Under the pieces are notes generated by a model. That model had not been told where the DNA came from, did not search any database, and saw only the letters and a program-made list of their open reading frames with translations. A stretch of DNA of 64,000 bases from Octopus sinensis (Eukaryota), in NCBI RefSeq assembly GCF_006345805.1, contig NC_043004.1:27404001-27468000 (forward strand), read 5' to 3'. A program made the translations under genes and the position numbers. Each line of letters starts with the position of its first letter. Position 1 is the stretch's first letter. Below, piece by piece: positions 62,316-64,000 of this stretch.

Positions 62316-62470
62316 GAAGGTGCATGGCTTAGTGGTCAGGGCATTCGGTTACGTTAAGGGTACACGTGTCTGCGAAGTGCTCAGCTACTTGCACGTTAAT
62401 TTCACGAGCCAGTTGTTCCGTTGATCGAATCAGCTGGGACCCTCATCATCATAACTGATGGAGTGCTTCT
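62316..62470 (+). mobile_element. Internally deleted SINE (head joined to the tail of the 11730-12106 family)
   Basis: tggcttagtggtcagggc head followed directly by gttaagggtacacgtgtc...gatggagtgcttc. Confidence 0.75.
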
Positions 62471-62622
62471 ATGTATATATATACACACACACATCATACA
62501 TGTATGTGCATGTACATATGCATATATATAGAGACACATGGACACACACACATACACACACATGCACACACATGCACACACATACATGCACACACACACA
62601 CGTGCGCGTGCGCACACACACG

Positions 62623-62675
<53 letters not shown>

Positions 62676-62700
62676 ACGTACATACGTGATGTGTATGAAG
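62470..62700. repeat. (CA)n-rich microsatellite
   Basis: Directly visible. Confidence 0.95.
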
Positions 62701-62851
62701 GGGTAGGTAAGCAGATATATAATTTCAGTGACTGTTGTTAATTTGAATTATTTACGTTTAGCTTCATTTAATACATTAAAGTCACAAGATTTTGCAAATC
62801 ATTAAATACATATGATTAATTATTGTAATTTTTCTTATGCGCTCACACATG

Positions 62852-62888
<37 letters not shown>

Positions 62889-63469
62889 ATGCGCATGTCA
62901 ATCTATGTGTGTCTATGACTGAGTGTGTGTGTCTATTGATACATTTTTTTGTCATATTGTTTTTCCCATTAGTTGGAAATCGTTCAGAAAAAGGCTTGGT
63001 AATTGAAGTCATAATGTGTCAGCAATATCAACATCAATGTTTTGACAGAAATGAAGTTGTTATATAGACAATCACAACGAACTGGAAAAACATATTAGTC
63101 TTCCGTTTCCACTCCTGTTTGAAATACAAGAACATAATGTAAATTAACGCATGCAACAATCAGCAAAATTTAAGTACTTTCCAAGATTCCAAAATAAATA
63201 TTGAAAATGGGAAAGATTAACATGTAACCAAAGAGATGAATTTAAAAAGAAGTATTTGATCAACTAGAAAAGAGAAATTAGAGTAAACGTGAAGAAGATA
63301 ATAAATATTTAGCTTATTCTTCAAAATTGATTTGAAGGGAGGATTTTGGAATTAATCAATATTATCTTTGAGTCTCATCATCAACTCATTCCAAATATAA
63401 AAACAAAACCAAAGGTTACCACTGTGTAATTAATTCCCATCATCAGTGAATTTCTCAGCAGGTAATACA

Positions 63470-63605
63470 AATAAATATACATATAAATGTAAACATAAAT
63501 ATAAACATATATGTACAAATGTAAATACAATATAAATATATACATATAACTTTATATATCTATCTATCTATCTGTCTATATATGTGTGTGTGTATACATA
63601 TATGA

Positions 63606-63663
<58 letters not shown>

Positions 63664-63790
63664 TATAACGATATATATATATATATACATGTACGCATAT
63701 GTATATACTTACATATACATGCATATATGTACATACATATGTGGGCGTGCATGTGTGTGTGTGTCTACTTAAATATATATTTATATATTG
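63470..63790. repeat. (TA)n/(TG)n microsatellite tract
   Basis: Directly visible. Confidence 0.95.
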
Positions 63791-64000
63791 TATAGAAGTA
63801 ATGTTTACATTTGTGTACAGATTACATCGTGTGGAGATCGTAAAATGTTAAATAAGCTTTGAGCAAGTCAAGCTAACATATAAAGCATGATTTGGTTTGA
63901 GTAACAACAACCTACAAATGAATAAATAGAAAAATGAATACACAATGAAAGAAGGGTATAATGGAAGAGAAGTGTTGTATTTCATGCATAAATGAATAAA

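Overview
AT-rich, microsatellite-saturated, transposon-dense eukaryotic DNA. It is most likely a coleoid cephalopod (Octopus-like) intron or intergenic region; this is inferred from the repeat landscape, not from a database match. No host protein-coding gene could be identified with confidence, and only a few weak candidate exons are noted. Recognisable content is almost all mobile DNA: about 11 RTE LINE 3' ends with (ATG)n tails, a BovB-type RTE, R4/Dong LINEs, a Tx1-type LINE, a CR1-like 3' end, Penelope-like remnants, several tRNA-derived SINE families, mariner/Tc1/pogo fossils, a classic non-autonomous Helitron and a HINE/DINE-like element. The four most unusual observations are these. (1) A young RTE LINE whose 3' UTR is a 2.6-kb hierarchical tandem array that re-copies the RT stop-codon region six times, with subfamily-specific monomers elsewhere in the window. 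(2) Short Penelope-type elements sitting in (TA)n tracts that carry minimal hammerhead-ribozyme folds. (3) Repeated near-perfect fold-backs at retroelement junctions, including a triple nested inverted repeat with two tRNA-Met-like cassettes. (4) A high overall density of inverted repeats that could form dsRNA. All family assignments are by eye from motifs and within-window alignment; all coordinates are approximate to within a few bases unless a TSD or terminus is given.
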